Source of the DNA: the human T2T-CHM13v2.0 reference genome, Homo sapiens
Length of the DNA stretch: 64,000 nt
Reading direction: 5' to 3' (one strand)
Assembly (NCBI RefSeq): GCF_009914755.1
Contig: NC_060930.1
In this document: positions 49,436 to 64,000 of the stretch, in pieces
Position numbering within the stretch: position 1 is the first letter of the stretch
How the letters are laid out: each line of letters opens with the position of its first letter
The notes under the pieces: generated by a model
The model's database searches: none
What the model was told of the DNA's origin: nothing
Seen by the model: only the letters and a program-made list of their open reading frames with translations
Program-made: the position numbers and the translations under genes

Positions 49436-51803
49436 GTATGAATGTTCCCATGTTTTGTGTCATTTAGAATATTGGTCTTTGTTAAATTTTGAAAGAAAAG
49501 CATCGGGCAAAATGGCCTGCCTTCTTAGGTGTTCATCAATTAACATGCTGGTGGTGACAAGCAGGCCACAATATAAATGCCAGCAATATGTTCTCTGTTT
49601 CTGAGATGCATTAGTCCTGATGTTGTCACTGCCCTTGAGGTTTGTCTCTTTCCGTCAGTGTGTTTTTAAAATCATCCTGTGATGGAGGAAGACACATATA
49701 AACTCTGATAAATGGGGCACTTTCTTCCAACAGCCCTCTTCTGATAATTGATTCAATTTTAAGTAGATTGTGGAAGAGAAATACTTACTGGAAAGAAATC
49801 CCTTAATATATCTGCCATCTCCCCAACAAAAAAAAAAGGAACTGTTTATTTGCTTTAAACGTCTTAGGCAATTATTTTGCAGGAGATATGTTTTGTCATA
49901 AGGCTGCTTATTAGGAGGAATGTATCAGGAGGTTATGCTCAGCATGGAAGGAGATCATGTCCTCCAGCCGCCTAAAGGACGATAATTGTTCTCAGCATCT
50001 TTCTGAACCATGGAGCCTCTGTAAAAGTTCTGCCAAATTCAATTAGATGCCCTTTATTGCTGGGCATTTTCTCCTGTCATGTCTTTTTCAAGCATATCCT
50101 TCATGTTTCATTTGTATATATTTTAACCTTTGGGTATATACTTGAAACTCAAATGTACCTAAAGCTGAAATAAATTTTCAAACCACTTTCCATTGCCATG
50201 TGAAAAAAAATTTAAAGCCTTTTCATTATAGTACAGTTTGTTAAAACTCAATGAATAAATTTTAAACCAGCAAAGGGACAAGTCATAACAAGTAATGTTT
50301 TTATGTCTAAAAACATATTTTAAAGAGATGCATTAAAGAGCTGTTTGATTTTGTTATTGGGCAATATATATTAAAAGCCAAATTGTTATCCCCTGAAAGC
50401 ATTGTTTCAACTAGTTAGGATCATATTCTGTAATTCAGTTTCCTTTGTTTTACTATTCATTCACCCTGTCTACCCTATCTTTACCTGAAACCAACTATAC
50501 GCTTCATTCTAATTTTAATTTTCTTACATCTTGTTGATAAAAATTTCCTCCTGGTCTTTCCCTCTCATACTCATACACACAAAACAGCTTCTCTGAATCA
50601 TTTAAAAGCACCTAGGCTTCTCACTGACTTTTTGGGAACATTCTTTGAAGTTCTTGCATTAATAACTGCAGATTAAGATAAGAACTTTTTAAGTATTATA
50701 ATAAAGGATAAATTATAATTTACTGGCATTGAAAAGGGGCTGGCAACAAAAATGTAGACCTATTTGAGTAGAATTTGAAGAGATTAGTCTTCAAATTTCT
50801 TAGCTACAACAAAGGATGAAGAATAAAAACTGATTGAAGTGTGTTCCTTGCTTTTAGAGATGTGAATTGAGTGAGTGAAGCACAGAAACAGAAAAATGCA
50901 ATCATGAAATGAAATACACATTTAGTGTACACATTCAGCCTCATCCTGGATGAAACTTTGAAGTTACTCTTTTGGGTTCTCTGTCAGCACCACCCTGCAA
51001 CTCTCATCATCTCCCACCAGCTGTCCTGTAGGGAAAAATAATAGTTCCTGCCATAGAAATAATCCAGGAATGATAGAATTGTAGATCACAGAGCAAAAAC
51101 TTGAGAAGTCTTTTTGAGGTTGGAAATTTACTCTTCCAACATTCTTCAAATCCCATGACAATAGACCTGCCTCACTATTTCTAATCTTCTCCATAAACCT
51201 TTCTAGAGGAATATTACCCTTAATTGAATTTATTATCTTCTGAGGCGCTCCATTTCATTCCTTTGGTATTCAGTTTATAAATGATGTTTAATTAAATATT
51301 TAATTATTGCTACTTTCAAACAAATGTTGATTGATTGAGCACCTCTGTCTTAAGGACTGTTGAGAATGTAAACAAGGAGAATCAAAGAGTGTGTTTCCTT
51401 TGTCAGCAACCTAGGGCCTCTTATACAGAACTTTATGCAGAACAGAATCTGAACTTTTTTTTTTGATCAGTTGTCAAGTTACATATTAGGGGACATTTTA
51501 AAAGATTTCTGAAACATAGAAAGCATATCAATTCATATGCTCACTCACTAAGTATTCTGTAATAAGGGCAATGTTATAAATAATAATGAAGTTATATCCC
51601 TGGTAATATTTTTGAAGCAGATTGGAATTATGTATGCAAAAACACACTTACAGAGAACACAATTTGAAAGCTCTTGTTTCTTTGTGATTATGTCTAAAGC
51701 ATCCGGTGTCCTAAGAAAATATTTGCAGTGAACATTAATTTATTAACAAGAAGGCATCAAACAACTCCCCACTTTATCTCTTTTTTAACTTAAAGCCCTA
51801 ATG

Positions 51804-52021
51804 CAAGCTTGTCCAACCCATGGCCCATGGGCTGCATGCAGCTCAGGAAAGCTTTGAATATGGCCAACACAAATTTGTAAACTTTCTTAAAACATTAGGA
51901 GATCTTTTTGTGTGTGATTATTTTAGCTCATCAGCTATCGTTAGTGTTAGTGTATTTTATTGGAAGACAATTCTTTTTCTTCCAATGTGGCCCAGGGAAG
52001 CCAAAATATTGAACACCCCTT
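51804..52021. mobile_element. MER30 (hAT-Charlie)
   Basis: 8-bp TSD ccctaatg at 51796-51803 and 52022-52029; gctcatcagctatcgttagtgttagtgtattttat. Confidence 0.92.
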
Positions 52022-52719
52022 CCCTAATGCTTTTTTTGTTCAGAGTTAGCAACTTCCTTCACCACAGCTTTTCCCAAAGTGTTTCTTGAGGATCTACAGG
52101 CTCCAGCTAGCCTGGGACCATACACTAGAAAATGTAAAGATTTTTAAAAATAGAAAACACTAATCTACCCCCTTCCAGTGACTCATCAACTTGAGCAATA
52201 ACTTTTAGTGTTATTGGAGATAATGATCCTGGGGTCAACTTCTTAAGCATTCACAATTCTTGTCCAGCTGCAGAGAATACTTAAAGATGATAAACACTGC
52301 TTTGAGTGCTCCATCTTCATCTACTCTTAAACAGTTTATTCTTATTCTCTGAAAATCTAGCAGCACCAGGTAGCTCACAAATTGGCAAACTTTATTAAAG
52401 CCCCATCTTTCATTCTAGTTCTTATTGAAATTGGAGTTATCACTGAGTAGAGGGATTCATTCTGATTAGATTCTCAATCAGAATGAAAATGATTAATCAG
52501 AAAATATACCTCTCTGGAGAATAGCTTTTATTCTCAAACTATTTTCAAACATCAAATGCAATAATACATTACTTAAAAATAGGGCATATCATTTCCTTGC
52601 TAAATTACACATCAATGTTTGGGGTGGGAAGGTTAAGCAAAAAAATCTTTGCTTTGGAAACCAATGCTTAAAAACATTTTGATTATTGCTCCTGCATTTC
52701 TTATGTTCATATTTAACAG

Positions 52720-52773
52720 GGAGAGCCTGGTGCAATGGGGTTGCCAGGATTAGAAGGATTTCCAGGTGTAAAG
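52720..52773 (+). CDS. COL19A1: Exon, 54 nt, GEPGAMGLPGLEGFPGVK
   Basis: acag|GGA...AAG|gtaagc. Confidence 0.96.
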
Positions 52774-52796
52774 GTAAGCACAGAAGTTAGAAATGT

Positions 52797-55790
<2,994 letters not shown>

Positions 55791-55869
55791 TATTTCATTG
55801 AATGAAAAGTTCTAGTATATTAATTTTAAAAATGAAAATTTTGTAATTCAAAAGGAACAGAGGGAAATT

Positions 55870-56750
55870 GATGTGTATTGCCTGTTTATGTCCTTTACCC
55901 ATTTTTCTATCAGTTATTTTTTTCTTTTTGATGATGGCTATGCTCCATACGTTAAAGACATTACTTCTATCTCATGTGTTGGAGTTTTCATCCTAGTTGA
56001 TCTTTGCCTTTCATTTTTACGTTTAATCTTATTGTAAATATAACCTTAATGTAGTCAAATCTAACACTATATTTCTTTATGATTTCTTGTTTTGGTTTTA
56101 TGCACAAAATGACTTCTACTTTTATTTTCAACCAAAATCAGAATGTCACTAATATATTCTTTGAGCTCTTTTATAATGTATATTATTTTATTTTTATATA
56201 AATCTATGTGGAATTCATATGGGATATAATGTAAAGAGAAGAAGCAAACTTTTTTCAATGAAATTATCCAATTATTAGAACTGTTTGTTAAATAAAATCC
56301 TATTATAAATGCCGGTCTGTTTCTGATATTTCTGTTATAGTATTTTGATATGCTGCTTAATCTTATGCCAATATTCCATTATAGCTTTATTTATTATATG
56401 TTTAAATGTTGGTATTACTAGTATCTCTTTATTATTATTCTTTTAATTTTTTTATCCTCTCAGTTATTATCCCAAGTAAACTTTAGTATCATTTGATCAC
56501 ACTGCAATTTTGTAAGAATTGCATTAAATTTATAAATTAGTTTAGTTAGCAATGACACCTTTACAACATTGTCTTGCTCTCCAAGAACAGAGCATATCTC
56601 GTCATTCATTAAATCAAGCCTTTTATGTCCCTGAGTAAAGTTTTTTAAATTCAGTTTCTGCCCCCAAAAATTGCCATTTTATTATCCCATATATATAGTC
56701 GTTAGTATTTTTAGCATTGTCAGCTTTATCTAAAATATCACATTGGCTCT
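55870..56750 (-). mobile_element. Ancient L1M ORF2 remnant
   Basis: T-rich; gaattgcattaaatttataaattagtttag...aatgacacctttacaacattg. Confidence 0.65.
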
Positions 56751-57275
56751 TAAAAAGGAGTTGAGTCACTCTGTTGTTCAGAGCAATTCAAGGGATCTTC
56801 TAATTGGCCAAATGAGAACTACAAATCATTAGTTGTAGATCATTTTATTCTAACTCTATATCCAATGAGACAAGGATAGGAAAAGCTTTTTGGAAGACAC
56901 TCAAAGTGCTTAATCTTTTAAGCAAGAGTAATGATCTTTTGAACATGTAGAATAAAAATATTGACTAATTTAACTATAAGTATGTAAGGGGACATTAAAA
57001 TAGGTCACAGAAATGATTATGCTTGCTTTCATTAAAACTATTATTTACTTTAGTTTTATGGAAAATAAAAAAGCTGTAACGAGTTCAGTTGTCAATTAGC
57101 TACTCAGTTTGCTATTTTTCCATCTACACACTAGCTTCACCCCATCTAATATCAATAACACTTATCAGATCCAAAGGAAAGCTTTACCAAATCCAAATTA
57201 TTATTTGAGAATTAATTTCATAACTAAAGACTTCATTGATGTCATTAAAGTAGCAATGTTTTTAAATCCCAACAG

Positions 57276-57320
57276 GGAGATCGAGGCCCAGCAGGTCCCC
57301 CAGGAATAGCAGGGATGTCG
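57276..57320 (+). CDS. COL19A1: Exon, 45 nt, GDRGPAGPPGIAGMS
   Basis: acag|GGA...TCG|gtgagt. Confidence 0.96.
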
Positions 57321-58329
57321 GTGAGTTCAGATTACTTCACATCATTTTCACAGGTAAACGGTTCTATCTCCATGATACACCTGTGGCCAGGGATCAAGAC
57401 AGGCAGGAGAGCATACCATAACTCCCATGGCATTAGGTTCCTGACAATTCTAGTTTCATAAATAATGCCACCTGTATTTTCCACCTCCACAATCCTCTAT
57501 TTCTTTTGTTTTGTTTTGTTTTTTGTCCTCTTTTATTTTCTTCCCAAGTCACTTTCATGGAGGGGAGAGGAAACACAGTTACTATACATTAATTTATGAG
57601 CACAGCTTTGGAAAGTTTATTGTGTTTCTCTATTCTTGTCATATTTCAAGGTTTCTCAGTCTTCAAAAGACAGAGTTCTTATCCTCAGGCATGTACTTCA
57701 AGTTCCTTGTATTAATGCAATCTGCCTGAGTTATTCCTTAGCCCAGTGTTATTAGCAGAGCTTTATTGCTGCTAATGTTTCCTCATAAACTAGCCCTTCA
57801 ATCCTCTCAATCATTTTTGTTGCTCTCTGGTGTCAAATGTTTTAATCTCATCAAGGCCTTTTCAAATGAATAGGAAGTGTTCCAGGAAAGGTTGAAATTA
57901 TTTCTCTGAGCCCTAGAGATCATTCTGATCTTCATTCATGATGCTCTAATTAAAATTTTGTGGTCACGCTTTATGAATAAGAGGCCATTTATCCTCTTGC
58001 TAGGTGCTCCTGCAGGGCAGGTCCAGGATAACATTACAGGAAAGTCAATGGAAACCATGGGCTTGTATCACAAGAATATAAGAAAGATAAGATAAGATAA
58101 AGGCCCTACAATCACCACCCACAGTCACCCACCGAGATCTACTGACACCCAACACCACCCAAAGCCCTGCTCATCTCCCACTGCCATCCCACAAAGTGCT
58201 CAGAGCCACTCTACTTCACTCCATTAACTTCTAACAACACAAAATAGAGCCCCATCCATCATCTGCATCCTTCGTAGATGATGACATTCCCTTACTTAGC
58301 CATTATAGATCAAGTCAAATATTCGTATG

Positions 58330-58860
58330 ACTGTAAAAGTAGCATGAAAATATCTTCTTTGGAAAGCTCTTCCAAATTTTTTATAAAAGGAAGTATTCTT
58401 GAAAGTTGACTACACACTTAATTCTATTCCCTCACTACTGCCCCACTCACAGCCATTCCCAGCAACATATTTGGAAATCAGTTTCTGGAAGTGTCCTTAG
58501 AGAACCTTTACAACCTGTTCCTCTTATACTCACATCCTGTGATTTGAATTTTTGTTTCCTTGTGATAAAATAAAGTCTAGTTTTTTTCATTGTGTTCACC
58601 CAGGTGTGTCTACAAATTACATTTTGCTATTACCCTAAATTAAGCTTATCTTCTAGGAAAAAATACTGGCCACCATTGCAAGTATTTAAAAGATGTGCAA
58701 CAGTGGCCACAGGCAATCCAAATGAGAAATTCCAAATATGTTTTTCAAAGAGGAAGCATTATTGAGATAAGGGGCTAGCCTGCCACTTAGTTGGATGTCT
58801 AAGATCTGATATATTTACTAAAAAAGCAGTTTTCATATGTCATAATTAAAAACATTAACT
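58330..58860. mobile_element. Degenerate mariner-type (MARNA-like) relic
   Basis: gccaccattgcaagtatttaaaagatgtgc...ggcaatccaaatgagaaattccaaatatgtttt resembles a mariner transposase 3' end. Confidence 0.5.
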
Positions 58861-59166
<306 letters not shown>

Positions 59167-59274
59167 TTACATAAATAAGAAAGGGTAAAAAATTTACATA
59201 CTACAAACATGTTCAGTTAAAGATGCATGTTAGATTTTTATAACTGGCCCTTCTGCGGCTCAGAAGATAAAATA

Positions 59275-59415
59275 GTTAAAAGAATCTAGAAATAGACAAT
59301 GGTGATGGCTAGATGACAGTGTGAATGCACTTAGTGCCACTTAAGTGTGCACTTAAAAATGGTTTAGAGGGTAAACTTTAGGTTATGTATATTTTACCAT
59401 GATAAAAATTTTTTT
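59275..59415 (+). mobile_element. L1MB-type 3' end fragment
   Basis: tggtgatggctagatgacagtgtgaatgcacttagtgccact...ttatgtatattttaccat. Confidence 0.75.
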
Positions 59416-60631
59416 TCGAAAAATGGTGATTGTTCTAGTTGAAGCAGGGCTGGGGCCTGCCCACACAGAGACACTGGTAACTCAGCTGATTACCAAGGGG
59501 ACCCAATCCTGCTCTTCCTAGAACGGACCGGTCTATCCCTTTCCTGTATATTCAGGGCTAACCAGGGATTTCCCCTAGAGCTTCTTTCTTTGCCTTACTC
59601 TGAGGAAGGCGTGTGGGTTTACAGGAAGAAGTGCCTGTGAGTGCTGGTCGTGGGGTGGGGCCTCCGGTCAGCATGCTCTCCCCCGGATGCTCTGAGTTCT
59701 CCACTGGTCCTACCTGACCTTAGGAATGACTTCCATCAATGTCCCTTATCTCTTTGTCTCAGATCTCAAGGCCCGAGCCCTCTATACCCGCCATGTCCCA
59801 CAATAAGACCCTTCAGGTCATTGGCCTTCTCAGCTCTAACACATCTTCCCACTCAGGCCCCTAACAACTTCAGCACAGGCAAGCTGTGGGGACCCAGGGA
59901 TGCTCTCTCTAACTTCTGCCTGCCTAGCTTTGCCATTCAGCACCGTATCTCTACCTATGGAGGGATCTCCTTCCGGAATTCTAAGCAGCAAGTTGAAAAA
60001 AGCCCATTTCTTTTCATATTTCTCCAAAACCTACTTGGCTTTTTCAGGTCTCAGCCCCACCACACCTACATCCCACGTCGTCTATCTTTCCCAGCCACAT
60101 TAGACCAAGGGACAGGAGGTGGTTCCTTCTCAGAGGCAACCAAGCCTTGCCTGCACACTCAGGCCTTGTGTGCTTCCAGTCTCCACTGGACCGTCTGCCC
60201 CTCTCGTCCCTCGCTGTGGTCTGTCTGCTCCAGGATCGGTCATCCAAGCCATGGTGTAGTGACACAAACTTATCTGTTTCTTTTCCTGTCAACAAAACAT
60301 GGCTTTTCAAATCAAACATGATTTTTTCAGGTTGTCATACTATGAACTTAAAAGCCCTCTTGTGAATCTCAAAGCCTAGAAAAAAACTTATTTGATGCTT
60401 TGTGCCCATTTCTCCACTCCCAAAGTAAAGAAGAGCTGCCAGGAAAATAAGCACAAGAGGGATGTCCAATAATGATGATACTTTGGGCTAATATTTTCAA
60501 AAATATTCTCCTCTCCTACTCTCCACCATCCACACAAATATATATTCGAAGAACTGCACCCCAGTCTGAAACTTATGGCCTGCGGAGTTGACTATATGTT
60601 CCCCAGTCTCTGTCCCCTTAGAAATGCCACT

Positions 60632-60941
60632 TTATTTATTTATTTATTTATTTATTGAGATGGAGTCTCACTCCGTCACCCAGGCTGGAGTGAAATGTCA
60701 TGATCTCAGCTCACTGCAACCTCCGCCTCCTGGGTTCAAGTGATTCTCCTGCCTCGGGCTCCCGAGTAGCTGGGATTACAGGCACGTCCCACCATGCCTG
60801 GGTAATTTTTGTATTATTTTTAGTAGAGACAGGGTTTCGCCACGTTGGCCAGGCTAGTCTTGAACTCCTGACCTCAAGTGATCCATCCACCTCAGCGTCC
60901 CAAAGTGCTGGGATTCCAGACATGAGCCACCACACCTGGCC
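60632..60941 (-). mobile_element. Antisense Alu (AluS-type) with (TTTA)n tail
   Basis: TSD agaaatgccact at 60620-60631 and 60942-60953. Confidence 0.97.
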
Positions 60942-61067
60942 AGAAATGCCACTGGAGAGCATCACCCTTGGGAGCACTATAAACTCAATTGGGGTTGGGG
61001 GAAGAGAAGCATATGGTGTCGTTCAGCAATTTGGCTCCTAACATTTCTCTTCAATTTGCCTTGCCAG

Positions 61068-61112
61068 GGAAAACCTGGTGCCCCAGGGCCTCCAGGAGTT
61101 CCAGGGGAACCG
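61068..61112 (+). CDS. COL19A1: Exon, 45 nt, GKPGAPGPPGVPGEP
   Basis: ccag|GGA...CCG|gtgagt. Confidence 0.96.
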
Positions 61113-61216
61113 GTGAGTTGGCAGTTACTTTCATGACAGTTGTACTTGTGTTGTACTTGCATGCAGTTTTAAAACATTTGTTGGCAATTAATTTGTGTCT
61201 GTGGATGTGTTTATAG

Positions 61217-61279
61217 GGTGAGAGAGGACCTGTTGGAGATATAGGTTTCCCTGGACCAGAAGGACCCTCAGGAAAGCCA
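61217..61279 (+). CDS. COL19A1: Exon, 63 nt, GERGPVGDIGFPGPEGPSGKP
   Basis: atag|GGT...CCA|gtaagt. Confidence 0.96.
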
Positions 61280-62304
61280 GTAAGTACTTCTTACTACTTA
61301 AAATATGCCACCTAGAGAAATGCTCTAACATTATCTCCTCATCTACCACCTCAGAAATTCTGAGATTTGAATAAGCAGTTTCCAAGGAGTAAGAAGAATG
61401 CACAGATGGATTTTTGATGGCAAGGGCAGGAGTTCTTATTGAGTTCCCTAGATCTGTGTGTGGTATCTTTATGTCTTAAACAGTGTTGAAAATGGTGAGA
61501 GTTTTAAGTGTCAGGAAATCTGACTCATCATTTCTTAAGCCTAATGTTCTCAACAGACTTAAAGAAAATATAATGGCCTGTCATGTCCTAAAGTATAAAG
61601 AAACCAAAGACTTATAGATATAATACCTGTATGTTAAACCAAATCCTAAAGTAGAAGTTATTTTCTCAAATTTCCTCCTTTGTATACAGGCCTTGTTTTC
61701 TTACACTTTCATAAATCACTACTGGTGAATGTCTCATCCCCTTGTGTCCTAAAAGAGCTCTTGGTTACTGATCTGTGGTATTGATGTGACATTGTAACAA
61801 TCATTCTGACTAATCCAGTTCCACATAAATTCATCTAGTCACTGCTGTTTGCTAAGAATGTGCTGGGCCCTTAGGGAGGGGATCTAAGATGAATAAGACA
61901 GATCTCACTCTCAGAGTTATCCTTTACAGAAGGTCACTGCTGATTTGTTTGCTGTGGTGTGTATGGGAAAGAAGTCGAGGTGAACAAACAGTGCAAAATT
62001 CAGGAAGCCAGTTTGGCACCTCTGTGAAACCTTCAGGGTTGGTGGCCACCATTTCCTCAGAGAAGACATGAAAAAAATGTAATTTAGAGTCAGGAAGATC
62101 TGGGTCTGAATTATGGTTGAAAGGATTTTATGAGTCACTTAAGTGCCATGACATATGGAAAGCATTTCCAGTGCCTGGCTATGGGAGGTACTCAATAATA
62201 TTAGTTTCATTCCCTGCCTCCTCTTACCTCCTCATTCCCATCCCCTGCAAGGCATATCATTAAAGCCTGCCACTGAGTTCCCAGGAGATTATGCAAAAAG
62301 CAAT

Positions 62305-64000
62305 TTGTTCATCACCAAATATTTCTTGAGCACCTCCTACATGCTAGGCACTGTTCTAGGTGGTAACAACTCATAGCTTTTGCATTCTAATATAGGAAAA
62401 CAGATAAAAACAACACACACACACACACACACACACAGAGTTTCAAGTAGAAGAAGGTATAAGTAGAGTAAAGCTCTGGAATATTATTCAAATAGTGGGC
62501 TCAGAGAAAATTTGCCTGCAATTTGAGCAGAAACCTGCATAAAGTGAGAAGTCAAGCCATGGGAAGGTCAGAGGACCATTGTTTCAGGAAAAAGAAATGG
62601 CTAGGAGAGAAGTGAGCCCGATGGGGTCCAGGACCTCATCAAAAGGCATGAAGTCAAGAATGAACGAAGTGAAGGAAGAGTTGGAAAGATACGGAGGGAG
62701 ATATAGGCAGTGGCCAGACCATGAAGAACTTCCAAGCCAGGGAATGAAGTTTGGATTTCATTTGAAATATGATGGAAATCCACTGGAGCTTTTGTAGCAA
62801 ATAATGAAAATGATTGAACATTTTGAGGATCACTCTGATATTGTGTGGAGAGTAGGCTGTAGGGAGTGGGGTAGAGGAAGACAGAACAGTAAGAAAACAT
62901 CACCATCATCTCCACGAGAAGTAATGACAGTGGAAACAGCCATGAGTAGAGGAACTTAGGATGTACATTGAAGAGAGAGCCAGCAAGCAACAAAACTTGC
63001 TGATGGACTAATCTAGAGAAGTGTGAGGGAAAGAGACCAATCACAGCTGTGGTGTAGGGTCTGAGCAACTATGTGAGAGTGCTGCTGTTTGGTGAAATGG
63101 GGCAGACTGAAGGTAGGTGGATTTGGGAGGGAGAGCCAAGAGTTCTGTTTGACATGTTCATGATGGAGCACTAGCAGGTATTCAGGTGGAGATGTCAAGT
63201 ACACAGTGGAGACTTAGGAGAGGCCAAGATTGGTGAGACCAATTAGGGTATCTAAACCTGAGCCTGGAAAAGTGGAGTCACTGTGGATAGGAAGGGAAGA
63301 GAGTGCTTCAACTGTTAGGAAGACAACCCAACAAAGAAGGCTGTGAAACTGCAGCCAGAGAGACAGGAAGAAAATCGGGCAAGTGAGGTTTCCTTGATGT
63401 CAAGTGAACTGTTTTAAGAGAAAGGAGAAAGCAGTAAGGAGTGATCAACATACAGGTAAGTAATATGAGGGGTAATAATTCTCTACTGCATCAGAAACGT
63501 AGAGGTCATTGGTGGGAGAGATCACCACATGTTAGTATCTTGGTAAGAATGATCCAGTTGAGAGAGGAAAATTTGATGACACAGGAGAGTGAAGACTACT
63601 TTGAGTAGAACTGGTATACTCACAAGTGGGAATTGGTCTTAACTAGGAACAGGGGCAGTTCACCCTTCCTAACTGTGGAGTGTGGGGGTGCCAAAGTTGG
63701 GGTGCAAATCCATGAAGATTGACGCAACTGGTGGAGGGATGGTGAGAGGGGTCTCTTTTGTTTGTTAGTGAAAGAAGAATGGAGGTTGTCCAAGTGTGAG
63801 GAGTGGGGAGGTGATGCTGAAGTTTGGAAGAGACAGGAAAATGTGTGAAAGAGTACTTTTGGAGAGATAGAAAGGGAGTCAAATTGGGAAATACAGAGGG
63901 ATGGCCTGGTAATGCTGAGGGTGCTGCTTGCAATCTGCTGTTGAACATTTGGGTTGGAACAAGCGAGCAAAGATACGTGGTTTTCTTCAGCCAATCAGCT
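62305..64000 (-). mobile_element. L2 LINE remnant
   Basis: ttcatcaccaaatatttcttgagcacctcctacatgctaggcactgttctagg tail and purine-rich body; right edge uncertain. Confidence 0.75.
62413..62437. repeat. (CA)n microsatellite
   Basis: acacacacacacacacacacacaca. Confidence 0.92.

Noticed and set aside
59641-60321. Longest ORF (226 aa, + strand)
   Set aside because: GTG start, Pro/Ser/Leu-rich translation of pyrimidine-rich intronic DNA, no recognisable domain or exon structure; consistent with chance in a locally GC-richer patch.

Overview
AT-rich primate (most likely human) genomic DNA lying wholly inside one + strand gene, the FACIT collagen COL19A1 (collagen alpha-1(XIX)). I traced 28 internal coding exons of 27-105 nt. 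All are phase 0/0 with AG/GT borders and splice into one open frame of 1497 nt (499 aa): Gly-X-Y runs broken by three short non-collagenous linkers, one with a CxxC pair. The start and stop codons lie outside the window. The introns are filled with Alu, L1, L2, MIR, MaLR/ERV solo LTRs and DNA-transposon relics; repeat subfamily names are from memory of consensus sequences, not from a search. The supplied long ORFs are repeat-derived or chance, and I found no new multi-gene system. The best leads are: (1) an antisense Alu whose target-site duplication copies a 5' splice site and which is read in frame from the exon for 101 codons; (2) a BC200 (BCYRN1)-type retrocopy on the other side of the same 42-nt exon, forming a tight inverted pair with that Alu; (3) a candidate L1 3' transduction; (4) a candidate muscle enhancer with MEF2, E-box and AP-1 motifs; (5) DUX4-type motifs in intronic THE1 and MLT2A LTRs.
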